Notes: generated from the sequence alone by a model not told the origin. A stretch of DNA of 64,000 bases from Promethearchaeati archaeon (GCA_013166835.1 JABLTI010000015.1:1-64000), one strand, 5' to 3'; shown: positions 1 to 10,439, numbered from the stretch's first letter. A program made the numbers and translations.

Positions 1-132
1 CAAATAATCCTCGAGAGCATGCTCTGCCATTTGTTCAGGAGTTAATGGATCATAAGTATATTTTCCTGGGAAAATTTGATCTGTGTTAATGTTCTGTTCT
101 GGGAAAATCCACATTTTACCTTTAAATTTCAT
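1..132 (-). CDS. leuD: 3-isopropylmalate dehydratase/homoaconitase small subunit, N-terminal part (runs off window)
   Basis: Manual translation MKFKGKMWIFPEQNINTDQIFPGKYTYDPLTPEQMAEHALEDYL contains the LeuD/HacB NTDxIxP motif; the start overlaps the large-subunit stop (ATGA). Confidence 0.85.
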   Translation of the reverse strand, partial: MKFKGKMWIFPEQNINTDQIFPGKYTYDPLTPEQMAEHALEDYL

Positions 133-1394
133 GAGTAAACCTCCTTAGGTGGTTCCACGATTTTACCTTCAATGACTGAAGCTGCAACAGTAGCTGGACT
201 ACTTAGATAGATGCTTGTATCTTCTTTGCATCCCATTCGTCCTTTGAAGTTTCTATTTGCTGATGAGATAGCTGTTTCTCCAGGGGCAAGACACCCGCCA
301 TAAGCTCCTAAACAAGGTCCGCAACCCGGAATTGCTAATTCTCCGCCTGCTTCTATTAGGGTTTGAATTATGCCTTTACTCATTCCCTCAAGCAAAATTG
401 TTTGTGAAGCAGGATAAATGAGAAGTCTAACATTTTTCTTGATCTTTTTCCCTTTCAAGATTTTAGCTGCTGCTTCTAAATCATCAATTCGTCCATTTGT
501 GCAAGTTCCTAATAATCCGACATCTACCTCAATCTCTGGAAGTTCGGATATAGGAGATACATTATCTACATTATGTGGTTCTGAAACTACTGGAACGATT
601 TGATCTAAATCATAATCTTTCTCGAGTATATAAGGAGCATCTTTATCTGGTTGAATTTTCTTATAAGCATCTATTGCTCTATTTCTCAAATAATTATCAG
701 TAACTTCATCAGCTGGGAACATTCCAGCCTTCCCATCCATTTCAGCCACCATATTGCAAAGAGTAAGTCGCTCACTTATACTGAAATCTTTAGCTGCTTC
801 TCCATGGAATTCCACTGCTTTGTAACTTGCACCGTCGGATCTCATATCACCAATTATATGTAAAATTACATCTTTAGCGAATACGTTTTTCTTCAGTTTC
901 CCTTCAAGATTGAGTTTAATAGATTCCGGTATCTTTAACCATGTTTGACCAATAGCCCAAATACTGGCTGCTTCTGTTCTTCCTATTGGTATACCAGCTG
1001 CTCCAAGAGCTCCATGAGAAGTAGTATGAGAATCAGAACCAAGAATAATAACTCCCGGAATCACATGCCCCTCTTGTGGCAATACTTGATGGCAAATGCC
1101 AATACCGCAGTCATAAAAATGCTTGATTTTTTGCTCTTCAACAAATCCTCTGATTGCTTTATGATTTGCTGCTTTTTTCTCATCTGGTGGAGGAACTGCA
1201 TGATCTAAAGCTATGAAGATTTTTTCTGGATTCCAAACTTTTTTAGCTCCCATTGAATAGAATTTCTTCATTATAGCTGCAGAATTATCATGCGTTAAAA
1301 TTCTATGTGGTTCAACAAAGACTATTGAACCTTCTTCTGGTTCCTCTATTCCTGTTACGTTGCTAATTATTTTTTGAAATAGTGTTTGACCCAT
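129..1394 (-). CDS. leuC: 3-isopropylmalate dehydratase/homoaconitase large subunit (LeuC/HacA)
   Basis: DH, GICHQ, GSDSHT, GTCTNGR, PGCGPCLG and NRNFKGRMG aconitase-family motifs; substrate specificity (Leu vs Lys pathway) not resolvable. Confidence 0.9.
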   Translation of the reverse strand: MGQTLFQKIISNVTGIEEPEEGSIVFVEPHRILTHDNSAAIMKKFYSMGAKKVWNPEKIFIALDHAVPPPDEKKAANHKAIRGFVEEQKIKHFYDCGIGICHQVLPQEGHVIPGVIILGSDSHTTSHGALGAAGIPIGRTEAASIWAIGQTWLKIPESIKLNLEGKLKKNVFAKDVILHIIGDMRSDGASYKAVEFHGEAAKDFSISERLTLCNMVAEMDGKAGMFPADEVTDNYLRNRAIDAYKKIQPDKDAPYILEKDYDLDQIVPVVSEPHNVDNVSPISELPEIEVDVGLLGTCTNGRIDDLEAAAKILKGKKIKKNVRLLIYPASQTILLEGMSKGIIQTLIEAGGELAIPGCGPCLGAYGGCLAPGETAISSANRNFKGRMGCKEDTSIYLSSPATVAASVIEGKIVEPPKEVYS

Positions 1395-1609
1395 CGTATA
1401 CCAACCACTGAACCAAAGATTGAAAACATCTTTGCTTGTTTGTCGTTGATAAATGTATTGTTGAGCTTTGCCTTTTCATTTTTCCCTAAATAATTTTTTA
1501 ATTTCCATATACATAGTCTTAAATATGTCGGCGTATGTATAATAAATGTAATTGTATGTATTTAGTCAGCTGTGCATTTGACTAAAAACAAACAAAGAGG
1601 TGAAAAAAA

Positions 1610-1834
1610 GTGAAAAATACTGTCAATGCATCTAATCTGGAAGCTGTAAAATCTTTAACTGAAATGGAATTAAATCTTCAATATGCAATAGATGATTTGA
1701 TTGATGAAGCAGAAGATCAATCAAAGATTGTCACTCAACATGTCTCCATGATAATTACTCAATTGGCTATGGTTGCTGCTTCACTTAGAGTCAAGAAGCA
1801 ACAAAAAATCAAGAAAATAAATAGTCCAATTTAA
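1610..1834 (+). CDS. small hypothetical helical protein
   Basis: GAGGTG SD-like motif before the GTG start; T-rich tract downstream. Confidence 0.6.
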   Translation: MKNTVNASNLEAVKSLTEMELNLQYAIDDLIDEAEDQSKIVTQHVSMIITQLAMVAASLRVKKQQKIKKINSPI

Positions 1835-1888
1835 GTTTAGAAAATATTGAACGAGAAATTCCCATTTTTTTCTTCTAATTTTCTTTCA

Positions 1889-3298
1889 TTATTTATCACG
1901 AGGTGAGATGAAAGTCTTTCCACCTATAAAAACGATTTGGGCAGCAATTTCTTGTTTGTTAATTAATTCATAGATAATTTGAATGGTTCTATTATCATCA
2001 TCATTGAAAAACGAGCTTAAAATGTCTATGGGAAGAATTGACACCTGAGCTAGAACATCATTAATTTGTAGTTTAATCATCTTTTGGATTATCTGATTGG
2101 AAAATTGATAGCCTAATTTAGGATCCACAATATCAGATATTTCTTTTATGTTTCCACTATTAAATTGCTTGAGTATTTTTGCTATTGATTCAATGAATGG
2201 TTTCTCAAAGGTATTCTCTAGCTGCGGGGAATCTAAAAACGCTTTCCATTCTGATTGCTTAAATGCTGTAAGCAAAGAATAAGAAATTATTATGGCATTA
2301 TAATTTTTCAAAAATTGAGCAAATTCTTGAGCATCTTCTTTCTTCTTAATTATACTCTTCAAATAATAATAGATTAAAATATCTTGTACGTGGAAATTGT
2401 TTACGAAAATTTTCAAGTTAAGATTATGTATTCTATTCCTTGTGATATTTTTACAGATTTTGCGTTTAATTATTAGTTTGTCAAAAAAGCTTTGGAAGTT
2501 TACTTGTAATATGTTACTATTTGCATTTGTTGCTGTTCTTGTCAAGTAGCTTGTGATCAATTGTTCTACATCTTTACTAGGCTCATTATACAATGATTCT
2601 AAACCTTCCCGAAAGTAAGGAACTAATAATAGATGGCTACTTTCTGAGAGATAATTAAGAATTGTTGCTGTTATATTTCTTATAATCAGATCTGCTTCAG
2701 CCATATTAGCTACAAGTAATTGTACAGCTTTTTTCGCAAAACTCTTGTTTACCGTTAACGTTTTCACAAATTCTACAATACGAACATTTCGAATTTGTGT
2801 ATCCGTTTCTTCAAGAATAGATTGAAAGGAATCATTAAATTGCTCTATATGTTGACTTTTTGCTTTTTTCCCAGATTTTGTTGAGGTTTTCTTACTAGCT
2901 TTCTTAATTACTTCTTGTTTCTCAGTAATAGTTACTTGCTCAACAGGAACTGCTTCTATTATCTCTCCATGCTTTCCAATTTCGGAACTATCCGTAATTT
3001 CATCCGGTATTTCAAAAGTAACTATATCTTCTATAGCTATTGGTTGAATTTCAAACAATTTTTTTAATAAAATTACTTCTCCAATGTTTTTGATCAATTG
3101 TATTGGTATAGTTTCCTTAACAACAAAATCACTATCAAGTTTTGTTTTGATAGCAATTTTCATTCGCAGTTTCTTTTTATCATCCTCAAAAACACCTACA
3201 CATTTTGCTAGTATGTGGCCATTTGGATCCACAATAGATTTTCCAATGAGATTCTCTTCAGAAATTTCCTCATCTTTTGGTGTTTTTGAACGAATCAT
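1889..3298 (-). CDS. hypothetical protein: N-terminal PRC-barrel-like domain, helical repeats, C-terminal PCI-like winged helix
   Basis: LIGKSIVDPNGHILAKCVGV...IPIQLIKNIGEVILLK is a PRC pattern; C-terminal LPIDILSSFF...IIYELINKQEIAAQI resembles a PCI winged helix. Confidence 0.6.
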   Translation of the reverse strand: MIRSKTPKDEEISEENLIGKSIVDPNGHILAKCVGVFEDDKKKLRMKIAIKTKLDSDFVVKETIPIQLIKNIGEVILLKKLFEIQPIAIEDIVTFEIPDEITDSSEIGKHGEIIEAVPVEQVTITEKQEVIKKASKKTSTKSGKKAKSQHIEQFNDSFQSILEETDTQIRNVRIVEFVKTLTVNKSFAKKAVQLLVANMAEADLIIRNITATILNYLSESSHLLLVPYFREGLESLYNEPSKDVEQLITSYLTRTATNANSNILQVNFQSFFDKLIIKRKICKNITRNRIHNLNLKIFVNNFHVQDILIYYYLKSIIKKKEDAQEFAQFLKNYNAIIISYSLLTAFKQSEWKAFLDSPQLENTFEKPFIESIAKILKQFNSGNIKEISDIVDPKLGYQFSNQIIQKMIKLQINDVLAQVSILPIDILSSFFNDDDNRTIQIIYELINKQEIAAQIVFIGGKTFISPRDK

Positions 3299-3506
3299 TC
3301 ACATTCACATTTTAATGAATCTTTTTTCAATGAGTGACTAAAGAATTTCAAACAAAGATGCATCTTATAAAATCTATAATTGCTATAAAATCCTTTATTC
3401 CCAACTTTAAATTTGGGAAATTATGATTATTTAATGTATTGACTCGAGATAATTTACTAGAATAATGGAGATTCCCTCTAAAATTTATATACTGAAATCG
3501 TAACAT

Positions 3507-5018
3507 ATGTTTAGAATGTTAGAACTGTCTCCTTATCTAATTGTTGCTGTTTTCAACCAGATAAAAAATAATAGAGGTATTTCTGAAAGTGAAATAATTA
3601 CACATTTGCTGAAAAAGACAGGTTTGGAATCTGAGAGAATTAAGGAGTCAATAATCAAGTCCATTAAATTTTTACTGGAATCAAAACTTATTTCTGTATT
3701 ACCAGGAGAAAAAAAGAAATACAAAAAAGTGGATCGTGCAAAATTATCCATTTCCGATTCTATAACAAATGGGTTCACAAGAAAAGCAAAGGAAATTGCT
3801 AGAAGAACTGTCTCTTCAGTTCCTGGCGATAAGATCCGAGCAGCTTTACTTGGAAAGAAAGTATCGGATTGCATTTTAGCTGATAATCCTTTTGCAATAA
3901 AATGCTACTCACCAATAGGTTCCATTGAATACCAATTCGAGTTAAGAGATTTGGATTCTGAAAAAGAAATTACTGAACTTATTAAAAAACTGGATAAACT
4001 ACCAAATTTCCAAATTATATACGATTCACCTATCATAGAAAACCTTGATTTGAAATTTACTTTTCCAAAGGATAAACTTATTTCTGCTTCTGATGCAAGT
4101 CGATATACTGTCCCTGTAAAGAGTCCAATAGCAACAAATGATCTTTCTCGTAGTCGGCAATTAATATTCACTGTAGCATCAGCAAGTCGTTGGGTAGGAA
4201 AATTTTCGTCAGAGGGTCCGGAAGGCGAATTCATCAGTATTCCTGATTTGGTAGATATTGATGACAGTTTTGGATATGGTGCTGTAGAAGAAATCACTAC
4301 TTTACAACAACAAGATTTTGTTGCTGATCAGAATTTTGCTCAATCATATTTCCAAATGGAACGAATGCATAATGAAATAGATTTGTTAGGTTTCGATGAA
4401 CAACCAACCCATTATCATATACGCGATGGTCCAATTGTACCTCATAGTTATCGTGATCCAAAATTCTATGAAGCCTTAAGCCAGTCCAAGCGATTAGTAG
4501 ATATTGCCTTACATAGAAATATTCTGTATTTTGGTTTTGTAAAATATTCAGCAGATAAAGCCCTAACATCTTTCATAAATAGTGTAATTTTTAGCAATAT
4601 TCTCAAAGGATCAGTTCCAGAGAATTTCTGGAGTGATTTTGGATTATTAAGTCAAATTCTGGAAGACAAAGATGTAACTGTACCAATTATTAGACTTGAT
4701 AGAGGATTCGATGATCAACAAAGAAAGTGTTTAGTTCCCTACATGAGCTTCTATTTAAAAATATTTGATTGGGTGTCGCGAATTGATATTCCTTGGATGA
4801 TTTGCAAAACAGATCCGATTGGCTATAGAAACCGTGTTGCACAACTTGTATACTCTTTATCATCAATTGAGTATTCCAAACCAGGAACCCCTCAAATTGT
4901 TCCTTTTCCGATAGCTATGGTAGATGAAATGGCAAGAATTGTGGCTCGGAATTTTATAGATATATCAATAAAACAATTCTATGAGGAGCTAGGTCATCTA
5001 ATAGATGATTCCAAATGA
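3507..5018 (+). CDS. NurA-family nuclease with N-terminal winged-helix extension
   Basis: ASDAS, IRDGP, GFVK and PFPIAMVDEMARI match the NurA motifs (AxDGS, DG, GxxK, PxPLxxA[HD]xxAxI). Confidence 0.7.
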   Translation: MFRMLELSPYLIVAVFNQIKNNRGISESEIITHLLKKTGLESERIKESIIKSIKFLLESKLISVLPGEKKKYKKVDRAKLSISDSITNGFTRKAKEIARRTVSSVPGDKIRAALLGKKVSDCILADNPFAIKCYSPIGSIEYQFELRDLDSEKEITELIKKLDKLPNFQIIYDSPIIENLDLKFTFPKDKLISASDASRYTVPVKSPIATNDLSRSRQLIFTVASASRWVGKFSSEGPEGEFISIPDLVDIDDSFGYGAVEEITTLQQQDFVADQNFAQSYFQMERMHNEIDLLGFDEQPTHYHIRDGPIVPHSYRDPKFYEALSQSKRLVDIALHRNILYFGFVKYSADKALTSFINSVIFSNILKGSVPENFWSDFGLLSQILEDKDVTVPIIRLDRGFDDQQRKCLVPYMSFYLKIFDWVSRIDIPWMICKTDPIGYRNRVAQLVYSLSSIEYSKPGTPQIVPFPIAMVDEMARIVARNFIDISIKQFYEELGHLIDDSK

Positions 5019-5045
5019 TTATTCATTTAATAAAATTCGGTTGTT

Positions 5046-5420
5046 TTAAGTAGCAGTAAAAATCCACGCAATCCCAAGAAGTAGGAACAAAATAGCTGGA
5101 ATAACAATTGAGGTGATAATCATAAAGTCTCTTTTATCGCGTTTCTCTTTGAACTCTTGATAAGCATCATAATCAAGATAGAATTTATCCTCACTAGTGT
5201 CAATTTGGAGAATTATGTCGTTTTGGATTAAATGCTCAAATCTGCTTTCATAAAGATTTAAATCTAATCCTAAATGACCAAACTCTATTGATGTATCATT
5301 TGTCAATGCATCCATCATTACAAATTGTTCAATAATGTGTCTTGTTTTTGGTTTGATCTTTGTTTTGGAAAATTCCTCATCCAAAGAATCGGTGTCGTCA
5401 GTCATGGAACCGTTCACCAC
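5046..5420 (-). CDS. small protein with C-terminal transmembrane helix
   Basis: ORF with hydrophobic C-terminal segment; co-oriented with upstream regulators. Confidence 0.65.
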   Translation of the reverse strand: MVNGSMTDDTDSLDEEFSKTKIKPKTRHIIEQFVMMDALTNDTSIEFGHLGLDLNLYESRFEHLIQNDIILQIDTSEDKFYLDYDAYQEFKEKRDKRDFMIITSIVIPAILFLLLGIAWIFTAT

Positions 5421-5430
5421 TCATAAACAA

Positions 5431-6072
5431 TTACTTAGTAAAGCATTTGATCATTTCTTGATAAATCTCTGGATGCTCTCCAATATATGCAAGCCAACAA
5501 ACAGTATCTAAAATATATTTTGTTGCACGAACATCGAAAGTTGCTACAAGATCTAGGATTTCAGGATTACTAATATTATTGATTTTTTCTATATCAATAC
5601 GCTTCTTTTGTGTTGTTTCATCATAGAATTTTCTAAAGCAAGCTTCGTCAAATTTTTTGAAACTTAATAATTGACAAGTGATACGTCCAACTACTGTGAA
5701 ATAGTCATCTACCTTATCTTCCTCTTCATCACCAGATAAATCTAAAGCAATATAGAATACCTTTGCTGTTCGTGAATAGAGTGTCAAAGTTTTAATGTGA
5801 CTTTCAGAGTAAGTGATTATTCTTTTCCCAGCTTCCATTACTAAATGAGCTTTTTTCAATCGATTTAGGTAACCATAAATGGTTTTATCCGATTTCTGAG
5901 CATTAACTGTTTTGAATGCTTCTTTGATATCTTCAAAAGTCAATGGACCATTTAAGAGAAAGTTTAGAAGTAATTCACAATTTTTATCATCTTGTAAGCA
6001 TTTAACACTATCAAGATCATAGATAGTTTTCACAAGTTTTTCTTTATTTATGATGACATCTTGCGTTTCCAT
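5431..6072 (-). CDS. winged-helix (ArsR-like) transcriptional regulator
   Basis: GPLTFEDI...KSDKTIYGYLNRLKKAHLV wHTH; paralogue of the next gene. Confidence 0.75.
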   Translation of the reverse strand: METQDVIINKEKLVKTIYDLDSVKCLQDDKNCELLLNFLLNGPLTFEDIKEAFKTVNAQKSDKTIYGYLNRLKKAHLVMEAGKRIITYSESHIKTLTLYSRTAKVFYIALDLSGDEEEDKVDDYFTVVGRITCQLLSFKKFDEACFRKFYDETTQKKRIDIEKINNISNPEILDLVATFDVRATKYILDTVCWLAYIGEHPEIYQEMIKCFTK

Positions 6073-6211
6073 TTTGACACCGTGTAATATTTAGAATACT
6101 GTCTTATATTTTTTTCATATAAACTAGAATATACTGTAGTTTTTTTCAGAACGAATCTTGAAAAAAATAGACTGTTGTCCAATTACAAAGACTTGTTCTA
6201 TTGATAGATTG

Positions 6212-6850
6212 TTATCTAAAGCATTTACTCAATTCTTTGAAAAATTCAGGATGCTCTTCAAATAATAGGATCCATCCAGTAAAATCCAGAACAGGATACA
6301 ATTCGTGGATTTCAAAATCTTGAATTAAACTAAGAATTTTATCACTATTTACATTTTCAAAAAATTCTTTCATTATTTGATTCCTTTGCTTATAGATGAC
6401 ATCCATTTTACCTTTCAAGCAATCTAAATCTGCGGAATCTCTATGACCCAATCTTTCCTTCAAAATTTCATTTACAAGTTCAAGAGATCTTCTTTCAATC
6501 TTGTCTTGTTGTTCATAGAATTTTATAGGAGCGAAAATAATCTTGGATACTCGAGCAAATAGTGTTTGAGTTTTAATTTGGTTAGCTTGATCAGAAAAGA
6601 TCCTTTTACCCGCTTCAATTACTAAACCTGCTTTTTTGAGCTTGCCTAAATAACGATAAATGCTTTTATCGGATTTCTCATTGCCTGATTTTTCAAATGC
6701 AATCTCTAGCTCTTCTACAGTTAATGGTCCCTTAAACAAGAAATGTAATACTTGTCTGTGGTTTGTTTCAGATAAAAGCTCTTCAATCTCATCCCCAGTG
6801 AAAACTTGCACTACTTTTTGTTGATTAGTTATTATGTCTCTAAAAGTCAT
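6212..6850 (-). CDS. winged-helix (ArsR-like) transcriptional regulator
   Basis: GPLTVEEL...KSDKSIYRYLGKLKKAGLVIEAGKRI. Confidence 0.75.
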   Translation of the reverse strand: MTFRDIITNQQKVVQVFTGDEIEELLSETNHRQVLHFLFKGPLTVEELEIAFEKSGNEKSDKSIYRYLGKLKKAGLVIEAGKRIFSDQANQIKTQTLFARVSKIIFAPIKFYEQQDKIERRSLELVNEILKERLGHRDSADLDCLKGKMDVIYKQRNQIMKEFFENVNSDKILSLIQDFEIHELYPVLDFTGWILLFEEHPEFFKELSKCFR

Positions 6851-7106
6851 CTCTTTCCAACCATTAACTTTAGTTTTAACTTTTCACATCTTCTAATTTA
6901 TTTCATATATATAGTAAATTATTAGTCTAACTTTAACAAACAAATATCTTATTGATGCTTGAAAATCATTTTTTCCAAGTTAATCAACTTAATCCGCTAG
7001 ATTTGTCTGTTTTCTTGGTCTGAAATTTTTTCTTTGCTATAATATAAGGAAATCTAAGATTTATAAGAATATTTATAACCATAAATATAGACTATACTCT
7101 CAAGGA

Positions 7107-7264
7107 TTTGAGAATGGTGTTCACTTCATTCTCAAAAACGATCACCCTTTCCTCAAGAGGTTCGTTGAATAAGGTATGAATCACCAGGGAACCAATAACC
7201 GAAAAAGTAATGCTTAATCACCAACAATTCGGTTCTTCCTTCTGATTTGGTTCTCTTGTGATTC
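7107..7264. other. multi-stem inverted-repeat region, candidate structured RNA
   Basis: TTTGAGAATG/CATTCTCAAA (7107-7136); nested GAATCAC/GTGATTC, GGGAACCAA/TTGGTTCTC and AACCGAA/TTCGGTT (7178-7264). Confidence 0.5.
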
Positions 7265-7393
7265 CTAATTTTTATTTCTTAATTTCATCTTGCATATTAT
7301 AGCATAAGTAAAAACAAGGAACATTTTTATACACGACAAAAATAATCATAGTGTTTCTTAAATTTGTGAATAAATATTTTTGGAGATAGTTAT

Positions 7394-9991
7394 TTGGATA
7401 TAACTAAAAGAAATACTATAATTAGCCTAGCAGTTGTGGGCCTTATTTCTGTTGGGGTTCTTGTCGGGTTTTCAATTCCATTAGGTATTTTTCCACCTCT
7501 AGGAGAGTTACTTTTTCCAGGGAATGGTCTATGGAACATCGACGAAGAAGTACCAAAAATGGAAGTTATAACTTCCTCCTACCTTACAGAAGATGTAACT
7601 ATTTATCGTGACCAGTGGGGAATACCGCATATTTATGGTCATAGTGAAGAAGATCTTGGGTTTGCCATTGGTTATGTACATGCTCAAGATAGACTTTTAC
7701 AAATGGATCTGGCAAGAAGATCAATCAGAGGACAACTGTCAGAAATAATGGGTGAAAGTTATCTCGCTGATGATAGAAATAGTCTAAATAAATTAATGGA
7801 TTATTGGACTGATGAATCATTAAAGGTAATGGAAGCAAGCAGTCATCCTTCAGATGTAAAACTGATGGCTGTACTAGAAGATTATTGCAATGGAATAAAT
7901 TCTTACATTGATAAAATTAGAACTCTCCCATTAGAGTTTCAATTTCTAGGATATGAACCTGAACACTGGACACCATCAGACACTTTCGCTTTCATAAAAT
8001 ACATGTCTGAAATGTTAACTTGGGGGTACGAGGATTTCATAACAGTTCAGATACAAGATGCAATAGGTGCGGATGGTTTTGCTGAATTGTATGATTATCC
8101 AATACCATATCAAGTTCCTATTTGTACAGATTATGGAGAGTATAATGATTCTGCATTACTTACAGCAAGTTCTGAAAGCTCTATTGATCCGATACTTGTA
8201 GAGTTAAGTAATAGCTTTATTGAAAGTATAATGACGATTCCTAAGGAAAAACAATTCTTTGAGCAAACAGAAATTATAGGTTCAAATAATTGGGCAGTAA
8301 ATGGCAGTAAAACAGCATCTGGAAAACCAATTATAAGTAATGATATGCATCTTAGCTTTAACGTACCTGGTATTTGGTATGAAGCACATTTGGTTGACAT
8401 TTCTCCTGGTGCAGATTTCAATCTTTATGGTTTCTTTTTAGCAGGTGTTCCTTGGCCCATTGTCGGACATAATTCATATGTCGGATGGGGTCTAACTAAC
8501 GCAGCATTTGATGTCATTGATTGGTACTATTATGATGTAGTAAATGACACTCACTACATGTATAAAGGTGAACCAACTCCCTATGAAATCATTGAATATG
8601 ATATAAAAGTAAAGGGTAGAGCACCTGAACACTTTGAAATTAAAACAACAGTTCATGGACCTGTATTCGAAACTGTTGGAACAGATTATGATATGACTAA
8701 TTATACCAACAAAGTATTTGCATGTAAATGGATAGGGCAAAGTGTAACACTAGAAAGCAGAGCTATCTATGAATTTTCTCATGCGAAAAACCGGGCTGAA
8801 TTTGATACCGCTTCAAGCTTTTTCTCTACTCCTGCTCAGAACATCCATTATGGAGATATCTATGGAAATATTGGCATTCGTCCTACTGGTAAAGCACCGA
8901 TTAGAAATGATACTGGAATACCTGATTGGCATTTAGGTAATGGATCAATGATTTACAACGGTTCTGCTGGTCATGGTGAATGGATTGGGTTTATCCCCTT
9001 TGAGGATTTACCTCATACAGAAAATCCAGAAACAGGTTATGTATTATCTGCGAATCAGATCTCTGCAGGACCGGAATATTTAGCAAATTATACCATACAA
9101 AATCCAATTGATGTCTCAAATGGTTACAGAGCAAGAAGAATTAATACCTTATTGTCAACACATGATAATTTAACCGTTGAGGACATGATAGAAATTCAAC
9201 TGGATTGTTATTCTACAAAAGCAGGTAATTTCTCAACATATCTTCTTGATGTCATTGGTACCATGCCAAGTAAGACTACAGTACAACAAGAAGCTTATGA
9301 ATTACTCCAAGGTTGGAATTTCATGCAAGACAAAGATCTCGCAGCACCATCTATATTCAATGTATGGTTTGACATATATCAACAAGAAGTTTTTAATGAT
9401 GATGTCATCAATCTTGGAAGTCATAGATATCCATCACGCGCAGTCCTTGAATGGTTAACCAAGAATAATGCTACCTCAAAGTGGTTTGACAACATAGATA
9501 CTCCTGCAGTTGAAACAAGAGATGATATTATTTTACTTGCTTTTGAAAAAGCAATAACAGCATTGGCAACCCACTTTGAATCTCCTGTTGTATCAACATG
9601 GCTTTGGGGTGAAATTCATCGAGCATACTTCCCGCATCTAACAGGATTACCATTTTTAGGATATGGACCTGTATCTGTAGATGGAACAGGTGACACGGTT
9701 ACACCTTTTGGTTGGAGTACTCTCTACTTCAATGGTGAAATTCGTCCTGCTACCGCAACAAGTGGTGCTTCTGAAAGGATGATTCTTGATTTTGGGAATC
9801 TAAGCAATTCAATTTCAGTTATACCATCTGGACAAAGAGGTATTTCTAATTCGATACACTACATAGACCAATTGTTGTTATACTTAGATGGAGAATACCA
9901 TACTCAGTATTTTGCTGCTGACTCCATAGCGGAATTCAAGGAAAGCTGGATTGAATCAACTTTAATCCTAAAAGCTGAAGGAGGATTATAA
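7394..9991 (+). CDS. penicillin acylase family Ntn-hydrolase (peptidase S45), N-terminally membrane anchored
   Basis: RDQWGIPHIY, GYVHAQDRLLQMDL and GSNNWAV...SGKPIISNDMHL (beta-subunit N-terminal Ser). Confidence 0.92.
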   Translation: MDITKRNTIISLAVVGLISVGVLVGFSIPLGIFPPLGELLFPGNGLWNIDEEVPKMEVITSSYLTEDVTIYRDQWGIPHIYGHSEEDLGFAIGYVHAQDRLLQMDLARRSIRGQLSEIMGESYLADDRNSLNKLMDYWTDESLKVMEASSHPSDVKLMAVLEDYCNGINSYIDKIRTLPLEFQFLGYEPEHWTPSDTFAFIKYMSEMLTWGYEDFITVQIQDAIGADGFAELYDYPIPYQVPICTDYGEYNDSALLTASSESSIDPILVELSNSFIESIMTIPKEKQFFEQTEIIGSNNWAVNGSKTASGKPIISNDMHLSFNVPGIWYEAHLVDISPGADFNLYGFFLAGVPWPIVGHNSYVGWGLTNAAFDVIDWYYYDVVNDTHYMYKGEPTPYEIIEYDIKVKGRAPEHFEIKTTVHGPVFETVGTDYDMTNYTNKVFACKWIGQSVTLESRAIYEFSHAKNRAEFDTASSFFSTPAQNIHYGDIYGNIGIRPTGKAPIRNDTGIPDWHLGNGSMIYNGSAGHGEWIGFIPFEDLPHTENPETGYVLSANQISAGPEYLANYTIQNPIDVSNGYRARRINTLLSTHDNLTVEDMIEIQLDCYSTKAGNFSTYLLDVIGTMPSKTTVQQEAYELLQGWNFMQDKDLAAPSIFNVWFDIYQQEVFNDDVINLGSHRYPSRAVLEWLTKNNATSKWFDNIDTPAVETRDDIILLAFEKAITALATHFESPVVSTWLWGEIHRAYFPHLTGLPFLGYGPVSVDGTGDTVTPFGWSTLYFNGEIRPATATSGASERMILDFGNLSNSISVIPSGQRGISNSIHYIDQLLLYLDGEYHTQYFAADSIAEFKESWIESTLILKAEGGL

Positions 9992-9992
9992 A

Positions 9993-10439
9993 ATGTCAAG
10001 CAAAACAGTAGCAAAAGAGGAACAAAAAACCCGAAGCGAGAAAATAGAGCAATTCAACAAAATAATGTTTTATGCTGCTCCCGCTCTTGGTTTTGTCATA
10101 GCGTTTGCATTAGCATTCACACCTGTCTGGCATTTAGCTATACTTGCTGGAATAATTGCAGGAGCATTTTATAATAAAATGAAACAAGGTGTTGTTGCAG
10201 GACTCATTGGCATTGGGTTAGGTTGGACCCTCTACGTGATAATCAAAACTTCCACATCGAATATTGAGACATTGCTGAATCAAGTAGGCGGAATTATTTT
10301 TGATTCCTATGGACTGGGTTGGTTATTCAAAGTAGCCATAATCATTCTTGGGTTTGCATTCGGAGCTCTAGGCGGTACACTCGGAAGTGGAATAAGAAAA
10401 TTAATCTGTCTGCAAAAAGAAACAACACAGAACGAATAA
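9993..10439 (+). CDS. small multi-pass membrane protein
   Basis: Gly-rich hydrophobic helices; 1 nt after the acylase stop. Confidence 0.75.
   Translation: MSSKTVAKEEQKTRSEKIEQFNKIMFYAAPALGFVIAFALAFTPVWHLAILAGIIAGAFYNKMKQGVVAGLIGIGLGWTLYVIIKTSTSNIETLLNQVGGIIFDSYGLGWLFKVAIIILGFAFGALGGTLGSGIRKLICLQKETTQNE

Noticed and set aside
7176-7264. Eukaryote-like SECIS element (ATGA at the stem base)
   Set aside because: The stem base is Watson-Crick paired (GAATCAC/GTGATTC) with no opposing GA quartet, and no adjacent selenoprotein gene is evident
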